64,000 nucleotides of DNA, from NCBI GenBank assembly GCA_963700535.1, contig CAVOXU010000003.1:70375-134374 (forward strand), given 5' to 3'. This document shows positions 1-8,380 of this stretch, piece by piece. The notes below the pieces were generated by a model that saw only the letters and a program-made list of their open reading frames with translations, was not told the DNA's origin and ran no database searches. How positions within the stretch are numbered: the first letter of the stretch is position 1; each line of letters starts with the position of its first letter. This DNA is from Chrysiogenales bacterium. Lineage in GTDB: Bacteria; Acidobacteriota; Aminicenantia; UBA2199. The position numbers and the translations under genes were made by a program.

Positions 1-498
1 AAGTCTCCTGCCAAGATCGGCTATAATTTCATGTATTTCGATTTTTTGCGCTATTACCTGACCGATCCGCGTTTTGCCCGTCTGGACCATATCCTCAACA
101 TTGTAAACAAATTGGATGTCGAGATCGAGAGCAGTTTTACCGATTATATGGAGGCCAATTGCCTTACCATCCAGATCTCAGCCGTAAAGCGCATCAATCT
201 TGAAAAAGCCAAATATGTTCTGGAAAAAGAATTCCAGGCCCTGAGCAGCAATCCCATAAGCAACAGTGACGTGAGAGCCGTCCGCTCCCTGATGGAAATT
301 GATTTTTTGAAAAGCATGGTCTCTTTGGAGGAAAGATGCTTACGCATCGGCGAATTCTTCCATATGTTCGGCGAACTGAATTTTTTTGACGTTCAGCTCA
401 AGCGCCTGCGCAAGATTACTTCCTATGATATCATGGAAAGCGCGAAAAAATACCTGGTTAAGGAAAACCAGGTTGTCCTGAATGTTTATGACAAATAG
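1..498 (+). CDS. M16 (insulinase/pitrilysin) family peptidase, C-terminal part; 5' end lies outside the window
   Basis: Frame is open from base 1. The C-terminus 'LRKITSYDIMESAKKYLVKENQVVLNV' is typical of M16 C-domains. It overlaps the next M16-like gene. Confidence 0.6.
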   Translation, partial: KSPAKIGYNFMYFDFLRYYLTDPRFARLDHILNIVNKLDVEIESSFTDYMEANCLTIQISAVKRINLEKAKYVLEKEFQALSSNPISNSDVRAVRSLMEIDFLKSMVSLEERCLRIGEFFHMFGELNFFDVQLKRLRKITSYDIMESAKKYLVKENQVVLNVYDK

Positions 499-1897
499 AA
501 TTTCGCAACTTCGCTGCATATTGTGTTTTCTGGGTGGGGTGGTGTTTTTTCTGGGCTGCAGCCGGGAGCTGGCCTCAGAAACGCGGCTTTTTTCTTTCAC
601 GACATCCAAAGGGTTGGTCGTCAAGGTTTTGCAGGACAACGACATGCCTTTCATCCACGCCCAATTGCTCATTTACCTGGACGGCAGCTCGCAGAATTAC
701 ACATCCCTGGCCATCTCGCAGTTGATGGCCATGAATATGTTTGAGCGGGAATTGAATTCACCGCCTTCCAATCTTATGGATATGCTGCAGCGGCAGGGGA
801 ACGACTACCAGGTCGAGCAAAACCCGGAATATGTGAAGATCACCATGAATTTCCTGCCTGACCGTCTGGCGGCTTTTCCAAAACTGCTTAAGGAAATTTT
901 TTACTACCAATCCTTTCATCTGAAGAAATTCAACCAAAGCAAGGAAAAATTCTGGTCATTGTTCGCCAAAAACCGGGATTGGAAAAAGGAGATGGCTTTT
1001 TTACTGGCTTACCAGCAAATGACCGGAAATTTTTATTTCTCCCAGGGTTTACTGCTCCAGGATATTCTAAACCGGATCAACCTGGCTCAATTGCGTTCGT
1101 TCCTTTTAAAAACCTTCCGGCCCGATAACGCCCTGCTGATCTTGAAGGGGAAAATCAATCCTTACTTCATCCTGGGCATGATCGAAAAGGATCTGCCGCA
1201 GCCATCCCCGCAGCAGTCCAAAACAAAAAAAGAAGGAATCACCATCAATGCCAACCGCAGGATCTTTGTCCTCAATGTCAATTCCGCTGAACAGCCGGCG
1301 GTCTATTGGTTCGATGCGGCCCCGGCTGTGACCGATGTCAGTTATCTGCCATATGTGATCGGCAATTTTGCCCTTTTCGGTTTTCCAGGCGGGCGGATTT
1401 ACCAATCCAAAAAAAATCAGTTTTCCATGGCCGGCTACAAGGTCAATACCGAGACCTATTTCTTAAAAAAATTCACTGTTTTCTGCAATTATCTGCGCTT
1501 GAAATACAATGATCTGGAAAATTTCCTTTTGCTGGTGGATCAGGAAAGGAGAAAATTCGTCGTTCGCCCCATTGAAAGGAAGGAATACCTTGACGCCTTG
1601 AATTATTACATCGGCCGGGCCCAGGTGGAGACAAGCCGATTCGATTATGACCTGCAGGCAGAGATCGATCGATTTCACAGCCAGGGGATGGGATCGCTTG
1701 CACTGCCGATCGGACCCCAGCTTTTTCAGGAAGTCAGTCTCGACCGCGTGATGCAGGTCATGGATGAACAGATGGGATCCAGGCATCGAAGCAGCGGCCG
1801 GGAAAAAGGGATCGTGGTTCTGGTCGGCAATGCCAATCTGATTTTTAACAGCTTGAAAATATTAAAAACGGAAGCGCTTGAAATCTCGGTGGATTAA
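482..1897 (+). CDS. M16 peptidase-like protein, probably non-catalytic subunit, with lipoprotein-like signal
   Basis: 'SKGLVVKVLQDNDMPFIHAQL' and 'FRPDNALLILKGKIN' match M16 fold segments. No HxxEH motif is visible. The hydrophobic N-terminus ends in FFLGC. Confidence 0.6.
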   Translation: MFMTNRISQLRCILCFLGGVVFFLGCSRELASETRLFSFTTSKGLVVKVLQDNDMPFIHAQLLIYLDGSSQNYTSLAISQLMAMNMFERELNSPPSNLMDMLQRQGNDYQVEQNPEYVKITMNFLPDRLAAFPKLLKEIFYYQSFHLKKFNQSKEKFWSLFAKNRDWKKEMAFLLAYQQMTGNFYFSQGLLLQDILNRINLAQLRSFLLKTFRPDNALLILKGKINPYFILGMIEKDLPQPSPQQSKTKKEGITINANRRIFVLNVNSAEQPAVYWFDAAPAVTDVSYLPYVIGNFALFGFPGGRIYQSKKNQFSMAGYKVNTETYFLKKFTVFCNYLRLKYNDLENFLLLVDQERRKFVVRPIERKEYLDALNYYIGRAQVETSRFDYDLQAEIDRFHSQGMGSLALPIGPQLFQEVSLDRVMQVMDEQMGSRHRSSGREKGIVVLVGNANLIFNSLKILKTEALEISVD

Positions 1898-1901
1898 AAC
1901 A

Positions 1902-1973
1902 AGGCGGCGACCGGATTTGAACCGATGAATAGCGCTTTTGCAGAGCGCTGCCTTACCACTTGGCTACGCCGCC
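1902..1973 (-). tRNA. tRNA-Cys (GCA), CCA not encoded
   Basis: Reverse complement GGCGGCGTAGCCAAGTGGTAAGGCAGCGCTCTGCAAAAGCGCTATTCATCGGTTCAAATCCGGTCGCCGCCT forms a cloverleaf with GCA anticodon and U discriminator. Confidence 0.95.
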
Positions 1974-1975
1974 AA

Positions 1976-2050
1976 TGGAGCGGGAAACGGGATTTGAACC
2001 CGCAACATCAACCTTGGCAAGGTTGCGCTCTACCATTGAGCTATTCCCGC
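1976..2050 (-). tRNA. tRNA-Gly (GCC), CCA encoded
   Basis: Reverse complement GCGGGAATAGCTCAATGGTAGAGCGCAACCTTGCCAAGGTTGATGTTGCGGGTTCAAATCCCGTTTCCCGCTCCA. Confidence 0.97.
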
Positions 2051-2060
2051 TTTGGCATTA

Positions 2061-2089
2061 AGAATAATCGAAATTGCCTTTTTTGTCAA
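2061..2089 (-). promoter_or_regulatory. sigma70-type promoter for the tRNA-Gly/tRNA-Cys pair
   Basis: TTGACA (2089-2084), 17 bp spacer, TATTCT (2066-2061), 10 nt upstream of tRNA-Gly. Confidence 0.7.
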
Positions 2090-2135
2090 GAGCGGCCGCA
2101 TTGAATTCGACTTGACATTGCCGGCCGCCAGCCTG

Positions 2136-2567
2136 CTAATATTTCAATTTCGCTTCAACTTTTCCCGGAGCTTCAAGCAGGGCTATAATTTCCGGCGGTA
2201 AAAAAGGCCGACCTTTTTCATTCAGCGCCGTACCGGTGGTACGGGCTGAAAGGGCAAGCCTTTGGTCCGGGTTATGGAAGATGTCCTGCAAAAAAGCAAA
2301 TCGTATCGGCGAAACGCGCTTCAGGTTCAATCCGATCCAGAAAGCGTCGCCGCCGCGCAGCGGCGTTTTGTAATCAAGCTCCGCCCGCACCACCACCAAA
2401 AAGATTTTTTCCTGGGTGAGCCGGTTGAAGTCGATGCCCCGCGAAAGGAGGAATTCATGGCGGCAGTGTTCAAGGTAGTTCTGGTAGATCGCGTTGTTGA
2501 CGATACCCTGCATATCGCATTCGTAATCGCGCACCTTGAGGTCAAGTTTGAAAATGTAGTCAGTCAT
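2136..2567 (-). CDS. acyl-CoA thioesterase (4HBT/YbgC-FadM hotdog family)
   Basis: Motif 'VRDYECDMQGIVNNAIYQNYLEHCR'. Confidence 0.9.
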   Translation of the reverse strand: MTDYIFKLDLKVRDYECDMQGIVNNAIYQNYLEHCRHEFLLSRGIDFNRLTQEKIFLVVVRAELDYKTPLRGGDAFWIGLNLKRVSPIRFAFLQDIFHNPDQRLALSARTTGTALNEKGRPFLPPEIIALLEAPGKVEAKLKY

Positions 2568-2605
2568 TTTGCTGCCTTTGTTATATCACCGCGAATTTCA
2601 TTGTT

Positions 2606-3129
2606 TTATGATTTTTTGCCTGCTCCATGCAAATGCTCGACCGAATGCAGCATCAAATCGGCAAAAGCTCGAGCGTCTTCAAGGTCGGCGAGGTCGGGAT
2701 GGCCGTGGGCGCTCTGGGCTTCCAGGCCCAGGACACGCTCCTGGGGTTTTTCCATCCAATCGTCCAGCAGTTCGAATTTGACTTGACCGCGGCAGCCGAA
2801 GGTGCCCAATATGGTCTGGCCGCCGGTCAGGCTGAGGGCCGCGTAAAAGGCGGAAATTGCTTTTTCACCGCCGCGCAGCGAGCCATGGGTGGCGAAAAGA
2901 GCCAGTTTTTTTCCTTGCGGTATGCTTTTCAGAAAATGGGTCACTTTGGCCGGAACGCTGTGGTGATGGACCGGGAAACCGCAAAAGATGAGGTCATAAA
3001 TACTCGAGATCATCGGCCTGATCGATGGGCAGCAGTTTTCTTTTGCGTATGCCGGATGCCGGTGAATATCGCTTCGGCCACCTTGAGTGTATTGCCGGTT
3101 TCGGAATAATAGGCGACCAGGATGTTCAT
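2606..3129 (-). CDS. flavodoxin family protein, interrupted by two apparent +1 indels (~3040 and ~3000)
   Basis: ATG at 3129 after RBS AGGAGG gives 'MNILVAYYSETGNTLKVAEAI'. A different frame continues 'YDLIFCGFPV...ALFATHGS...GTFGCRG...HPDLADLEDARAF'. The 524 nt span is net +2. Confidence 0.8.
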
Positions 3130-3203
3130 GCCTCCTCCTTGTCATGAAATTGTAGCGGATTGGTGAGCCAAAGTCCAGAGTGGGACTGAAAAACCATGGC
3201 AGG

Positions 3204-4109
3204 TTATTCAGGCGGTATTTGCTGTCGAATTTTTTCGATTTTTATGGGGCTTTGGCGCAATGCCAGAAGGATACCGACCAGGATAAGGGTAGCCGCCGCT
3301 ATTTTCAACAAAGACGGATTCTCGCCCAGAAAGAGAAAAGCCAGGATCGCAGCGCCGATTGGTTCGCCCAGAGTAGCGATGGCTACATAAGCGGCCGGGA
3401 GATAGGCCAGTGACCAATTGAAAGTCGAGTGACCCAGCAATTGCGGAACCAGGGCCAACAGCAGGAACCAGCCGTAGGTTGTCGGCCGAAATCCGGCCAA
3501 GGGCTGGCGAAAAAGCAGTGCGCTGATCAGCAGGATTAATGCCGCGAAGCCATATACCAGGGTTACGTACGGGATAAGTGACATGTGGCGGCGCAGATGC
3601 CGCCCGATCAGCCAATAGCCGCTGACGGCCAGGGCACCGGCCAGGGCCAGGGCGTTGCCCAGCAAAGGTTGTGCGTAAAAGCCGGAACCGGACTCGGCAA
3701 AGCTGATGACAATACTTCCGCACATGGCCAGCGCTAGCCCGGCCAACAAGGCCGGCGGCAAGGGCTCATCCAGAAAAACCCGGGCCGCCAGCGCCACCCA
3801 CAGCGGCGATGTCGAGACCAGAACCACTGAACTGGCCACGGAAGTATATTCGAGCGAAGTGATCCAGGTGCCAAAATGGATGGCCAGGAAAAAACCCGAA
3901 GCCAGCGCCCAACCCCAATCCGAGGCTTTGAGTTCAAACAGCTCTCTGCGGCAGCGCAACCAGGCCGCTGGCAGCAAGATCAGCGCTGCCAGTCCCAGGC
4001 GGAAAGCTGCGATGGTCAGGGAAGGGGCGTCCTCCTGGGCGATGCGGACGAAGATCGATCCCGAGGATACGGCCAGGATGCCGATGGCCAGGGCCAGGCG
4101 CGGAGACAC
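3204..4109 (-). CDS. DMT/EamA family transporter
   Basis: About 10 TM segments with 'FLAIHFGTWITSLEYTSVASSVVLVSTSP' and 'LGEPIGAAILAFLFLGE'. Confidence 0.9.
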   Translation of the reverse strand: MSPRLALAIGILAVSSGSIFVRIAQEDAPSLTIAAFRLGLAALILLPAAWLRCRRELFELKASDWGWALASGFFLAIHFGTWITSLEYTSVASSVVLVSTSPLWVALAARVFLDEPLPPALLAGLALAMCGSIVISFAESGSGFYAQPLLGNALALAGALAVSGYWLIGRHLRRHMSLIPYVTLVYGFAALILLISALLFRQPLAGFRPTTYGWFLLLALVPQLLGHSTFNWSLAYLPAAYVAIATLGEPIGAAILAFLFLGENPSLLKIAAATLILVGILLALRQSPIKIEKIRQQIPPE

Positions 4110-4274
4110 AATTGGAATACTGCTTGAATTTTTCGGATTGAAAGTTTTCCAATGCGTTTTACCTCAGAAAAATCAGGGATATTCTGTTTTTATAAATGCT
4201 GGTTTGCACTGACGGAAGTCTAGGCCGCTGGCAAACGATGTCAAAAGCCGAAATGATCTATTGTTTTCCTTGCT

Positions 4275-4681
4275 TCACTTCATTGTTTTCATGCTCAACA
4301 GGTGCAGGGTAACCCCCACTCCGACCGCCAGCAGCAGGATCCTGACCCAAAGCGACATTCGAGCACCACCAGCCCCGAAAAAGCGAGAGTGCCCCACAGC
4401 AGCATGAGGGTCGCCACCTTGGTTTGCCGGGAGATGGCCTTGTGTTCGCGGTACTGGCGGATATAGCGACCGAACCACTTATGGGTGATGAGCCAGTTGT
4501 ACAAACGTTCCGAACTGCGCAAAAAGCAGGCGGCAGCCAGGAGCAGAAAGGGAGTGGTGGGCAGGAGCGGCAGGAAAATGCCGGCGGCACCCATTGCGAC
4601 CGCAACAATACCGCAACACGCCAGCAACAGCCTCTTGCCTTTGCCGAGTTTCCTTTCCCCTTCTGAATCGGGACGGATCAT
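4275..4681 (-). CDS. YbaN/DUF454 family membrane protein, frameshifted near 4355
   Basis: 'GIFLPLLPTTPFLLLAAACFLRSSERLYNWL' is the family signature. The C-terminus 'SLWVRILLLAVGVGVTLHLL' is in another frame. Confidence 0.85.
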
Positions 4682-4840
4682 TTCTTCCACGTAAAACCGC
4701 GGGACAAAATACCAAAAGCGACCAGGGCGATCGCGAAAATGCTTCCGCTTATAGATGGGAGAAATCGCCTTGGCGACAAGGAGCATCGCCAGAACCAGGC
4801 AAACACCGAGAAAGCTCAAAGCCGCCGTTTTTTTATTCAT
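4678..4840 (-). CDS. small two-TM hypothetical protein (~53 aa), one apparent indel near 4752
   Basis: 'MNKKTAALSFLGVCLVLAMLLVAKAISPI' continues after a shift as 'ISGSIFAIALVAFGILSRGFTWKK*'. Its stop overlaps the YbaN ATG. Confidence 0.5.
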
Positions 4841-5498
4841 GGTCCACCGTGCATGATTCATCACCGCTGCAACATTCCAGCCCGGCCGCTTTTGCGAATG
4901 CTTCCTTTCCTTCGCTGACCGAAAAATAGATCAGGCCCAGTGCACCCAGGCTGTCGGCAAAACCGAATCCAGTTAACTGGTAGACAATACTGGATACCAG
5001 CAGCACCAGTGACATGTAGATACAGGCCATGGTGCAATTGGCGTCGGCCAGGATGGGCGCCGAGTGCAGTGCGCGCCCGACTTTGCGTTTGGCCAGGACC
5101 AATGCCCACATGATCGCGATGGAAATGATCGAAATGATCAGGCCGGGAACTGTCGTTTCCGGCTTGTGGGCATTGAACAGAGCGTATAAGGCGCTGGCGG
5201 CAAGTCCGGCGGCAAGCAGGAAAAATGATGTGCCGGTCACCCGCAAGGCGGTTCGTTCGAATCGTGAGCGCTCCCCTTCCGCATTGCGGCGAATACGCAG
5301 CACCATGGCCAGAATGCCTGCTCCGGACATGACTTCGATGAACGAATCGATACCGAATCCGAAAAGAGTTAGCGCCTCATCCTGAGCGCCGAAATAGACC
5401 GAGATGAGCCCTTCTGCCAGGTTGTAAAGGATCGTGAACAGGGCGAGCCACAAGGCATAGCGCCAGAATCTTTCTGGGTTTTTCGTTTGAGGGGCCAT
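4833..5498 (-). CDS. cation efflux (CDF-like) membrane transporter lacking the C-terminal domain
   Basis: 'YNLAEGLISVYFG...LFGFGIDSFIEV' and 'AILADANCTMACIYMS', with a Cys/His-rich tail. Start taken at MAPQ (5498). Confidence 0.75.
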   Translation of the reverse strand: MAPQTKNPERFWRYALWLALFTILYNLAEGLISVYFGAQDEALTLFGFGIDSFIEVMSGAGILAMVLRIRRNAEGERSRFERTALRVTGTSFFLLAAGLAASALYALFNAHKPETTVPGLIISIISIAIMWALVLAKRKVGRALHSAPILADANCTMACIYMSLVLLVSSIVYQLTGFGFADSLGALGLIYFSVSEGKEAFAKAAGLECCSGDESCTVDHE

Positions 5499-5557
5499 AG
5501 ATGATTCATTCTGTCTGGCATTGGGGCAAAAAACGTCGGGGTGATCTCTGGGGACGA

Positions 5558-6433
5558 TCAAATGAATTCGCCTTTGGCGACGATAATGGATTTGCCGCCG
5601 ACGTTGATGCTGATTTTTTCATCTTTCTCTGCCGCCTTCAAGAGCAGCAGCGAAGGTCTGCCGATCTCGTAGCCCTGCTCGCTGCGGATGTCGATGCTGT
5701 CCTTGCCGAAATAGCGGTGCTTGACCAGGTAGCCGGCCAGGCAGCCGTTGCCGCTGCCCGTGGCCGGATCTTCGGGAATGCCGAAACAATCGACAAAGAC
5801 GCGCACGCTGATGTCGTTCGCAGCTTCGTGGGCTTGCGGACAGAAGATCAGTATCCCCTTGGCCCAGGAGTTTTCTATAAATGCGAAATATTTATCCCGG
5901 TCTACTTTCGCATTTTTCAAGGCGGTTATGGTCTTCAGCGGTACGATGAAAAAAGGCAATCCCGTGGAAACTTCCTGGATCGGATAGCGCTCATCGATGG
6001 CCGATGCGGGCAAACCGAGTATTGCGGCCATGGCCGCAGCCGGGTGCTGCTTCCCGAATTCGGGCTCGACCTGCTTCATCCAGCCGTAACCGTCCCGACC
6101 GAAAGTGACCGGGATCCTGCCCACCTGCAAATTCAAGGATACAGAATCGCTCTTTCCCTTCAGGATCTCGTTGCAAACAATGAAAGCGGTCCCCAATGTC
6201 GGATGACCGGCGAAAGGGACCTCTTCCCGTGGCGTGAAGATGCGCACGTCGTAGCCGCCTTCGCGAGGCTCGTCCTTGAGAATGAACGTGGTCTCGGAAA
6301 AATTGGTTTCGCGGGCGATCTGCTGCATGGCTTCGCTGTTGAGCGAGTGCGCTTCACGGAAAACCGCGAGTTGGTTGCCGGCATATTTCTTCTCGGCGAA
6401 AACATCCACGATAAAAAAAGTGAGCTTTTTCAT
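5558..6433 (-). CDS. PhzF family isomerase/epimerase
   Basis: 'VDVFAEKKYAGNQLAVF', 'NFSETTF', 'RIFTPREEVPFAGHPTLG', 'EDPATGSGNG'. RBS GAGGAGG. Confidence 0.95.
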   Translation of the reverse strand: MKKLTFFIVDVFAEKKYAGNQLAVFREAHSLNSEAMQQIARETNFSETTFILKDEPREGGYDVRIFTPREEVPFAGHPTLGTAFIVCNEILKGKSDSVSLNLQVGRIPVTFGRDGYGWMKQVEPEFGKQHPAAAMAAILGLPASAIDERYPIQEVSTGLPFFIVPLKTITALKNAKVDRDKYFAFIENSWAKGILIFCPQAHEAANDISVRVFVDCFGIPEDPATGSGNGCLAGYLVKHRYFGKDSIDIRSEQGYEIGRPSLLLLKAAEKDEKISINVGGKSIIVAKGEFI

Positions 6434-6445
6434 TTGGTTACCTCC

Positions 6446-7132
6446 TCATTTTCCTGTCTTGCCCGGCCGGATCACCTTGTAGACCAGCCACAATCGGCCT
6501 TTGCCCAGGGATTTGCTCTTTTTCAGGCTCAATTCCACATCGGCCCTGATATCATCAAACAGGGGGAATGGTTTTTTGCCGACGATCAGGGGATGCACCA
6601 GCAAGCTGATCTCGTCGATCAGGCCGCTGTTAAGCAAAATGCCGTTCAGTGTTTTCCCGGTGTCGGTCAGGACGGTTTTCGCTCTGTACTCGTTGGCCAG
6701 CAGCTCGAGTGCGTGGGCATAATCGAACGGCCGGTTGCCCATGTAATGCCAGTCGTAGTTGCGCTCGGTCAGATAGCGCAGGTATCCCTTGGGGGTCAGA
6801 TTGCCCGTGAGGATGACAATGTCGCGGCAAAGGTCGAAGCGCCGCAGGGCGTGAAGTTTTCCTTTCAACTTGCCGGCCGTGTCGGGTATGACCCACAGCG
6901 GCAGTTTCCTGTCCCGCTTGGGCTTGATGAAGTCCTTGTCCTGTTCTTTCGGTATGCGCACCGAGAACAACTTCAGGCCCTCGATGGCCGTGTTCGAGCC
7001 GATAAGATGAATATCGGCCCTGTAGCTCCCCACGATGCGATAGTGAGCGGCCATGTCGACCTCGAACCCGAGCAGGGAGCCGTCCAGGCTGATTGAACTG
7101 TGCATGATGACTTTCATCTGTTTCCTCCCCAT
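6446..7132 (-). CDS. stand-alone RibD C-terminal (DHFR-like) reductase
   Basis: 'HSSISLDGS', 'VLTDTGKTLNGILLNSGLIDEISLLVHPLIVG'. Confidence 0.85.
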   Translation of the reverse strand: MGRKQMKVIMHSSISLDGSLLGFEVDMAAHYRIVGSYRADIHLIGSNTAIEGLKLFSVRIPKEQDKDFIKPKRDRKLPLWVIPDTAGKLKGKLHALRRFDLCRDIVILTGNLTPKGYLRYLTERNYDWHYMGNRPFDYAHALELLANEYRAKTVLTDTGKTLNGILLNSGLIDEISLLVHPLIVGKKPFPLFDDIRADVELSLKKSKSLGKGRLWLVYKVIRPGKTGK

Positions 7133-7196
7133 AGCTCCGATTACGTGGTTCTGATGAGCGCTGGAGTTGTCGATCCCGAATTCAATTTATGCCGTT

Positions 7197-7469
7197 TTAA
7201 AGAAAGCGGATTGCCAGGGCGGCCAGGGCCAGGAGCAGCGCGGCGTTGATCGGAATGACATATTGGTAGTACAACGGCCCGACCTTGCCGGTCTCCTGGA
7301 TGGTCACCTCCCTGTAGCGGCCCATATTTCTGAAAATGTAGAAGCCCCAGAACGGGAAGGGTGTCTTGACCCCCCTTTTATCCAGGAACTCCGCGATGCG
7401 GATGGCAGTCGCCACCGCCCAGACCACACAGGCCAGGGCCAGGCAGGCGAGAACGTAAAAAGCAGCCAT
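7197..7469 (-). CDS. small membrane hypothetical protein
   Basis: 90 aa with two hydrophobic segments. RBS GAGGTG lies upstream. Confidence 0.6.
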   Translation of the reverse strand: MAAFYVLACLALACVVWAVATAIRIAEFLDKRGVKTPFPFWGFYIFRNMGRYREVTIQETGKVGPLYYQYVIPINAALLLALAALAIRFL

Positions 7470-7610
7470 GGTTCACCTCTGTCGACTACCGATGTTTTCA
7501 TATTGAAAACGGCTGCCACTGCCATTTTATCAGTTTTTCCAATATTTTTCCCACTCGGATTGGAAATTGGTGGTGATGTGGAAGGAAAGAAAAATGAGAG
7601 TAAGACAATA

Positions 7611-8162
7611 TCAGCTGAGGTCGACCTCGATCAGGCACTGGGGATCGCCGCGCTGGATCGAGCTTTTCAGGTCGACCTTCACTTCCTTGCCGGCCAAAGC
7701 GCCGTAGACGGCCTTGGTCCAGCCTTGGGTGCACAGGCAATAGTCGGCGGGCAGCGGTTCCTTGATGTCGGCCACCAGCGGGCAGAAGCACTTGTCGTAA
7801 GTAAGGGTGATCTTGCTGCCATCGCGCCTGGCGTTATTGGCGCCGATGTGCTGGCGCATGGCGGCCAGGAACTTGTCCACATCGCCGTTGAACGACTTGG
7901 CCCAGGCCAGCGAGCCGCCGCGCTCGGCGCAGGCCCGGCCGTTGTCCTCGATCAACTCGACCATTTCGGCCTCGGGCAGGTCCTTCTTCATATTGCCCAG
8001 CCAGGCCGTGAGCCAGCCCAACAGAAACTTGTTCTTTGCCGCCATCTTTTTCTCCCCGGCTGCGGCCGTTGACTCCTGGGCCATGACCTTGCCGCTTGCG
8101 CCCAGCAGCGTTCCCGCCGCCGCTACTCCCAAAGCGCCCTTTAAAAAGCTTTTCCGCTTCAT
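7611..8162 (-). CDS. Cys-rich V4R/DUF6144-like protein with Tat-type signal peptide
   Basis: N-terminus 'MKRKSFLKGALGVAAAGTLLGASGKVMA'. Conserved-looking 'GRACA', 'CFCP', 'YCLCTQGW', 'GDPQC'. RBS AAGGGAG. Confidence 0.6.
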   Translation of the reverse strand: MKRKSFLKGALGVAAAGTLLGASGKVMAQESTAAAGEKKMAAKNKFLLGWLTAWLGNMKKDLPEAEMVELIEDNGRACAERGGSLAWAKSFNGDVDKFLAAMRQHIGANNARRDGSKITLTYDKCFCPLVADIKEPLPADYCLCTQGWTKAVYGALAGKEVKVDLKSSIQRGDPQCLIEVDLS

Positions 8163-8208
8163 GCTTGCTCCCTTATGGGGGAATTATATCAAATCAGACG
8201 ATATCTTG

Positions 8209-8257
8209 ATCCCCCCTTTTTCCCCCTTATCAAGGGGGGTGGCGAAGCCGGGGGGAT
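8209..8257. repeat. C/G-run palindromic element (nested hairpins)
   Basis: ATCCCCCC...GGGGGGAT outer arms enclose CCCCCTT-ATC-AAGGGGG and GGC-GAA-GCC hairpins. Confidence 0.55.
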
Positions 8258-8282
8258 TCCAATCTCGAGCGAATGGCTTTTT

Positions 8283-8365
8283 GTAGGGGCGGACCACCGT
8301 GTCCGCCCATCTTCTTTTTTATTGATTGCATCAAAAAAAGGGCAGGCCTGGAGGCCTGCCTCTAT
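8283..8365. repeat. REPIN-like pair of inverted GTAG-family REP palindromes
   Basis: GTAGGGGCGGACCACCGTGTCCGCCC (8283-8308) and inverted GGGCAGGCCTGGAGGCCTGCCTCTAT (8340-8365), 31 nt apart, just 3' of the MFS gene. Confidence 0.65.
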
Positions 8366-8380
8366 GCTTCGTTACTGAAT

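Noticed and set aside
5501-7096. 531-aa + strand ORF, and similar long ORFs at 8273-9742, 11718-12947, 44481-45656, 59549-60748 and 61197-62987
   Set aside because: These are antisense shadows of well-supported genes in GC-rich codon context, with no motifs of their own.
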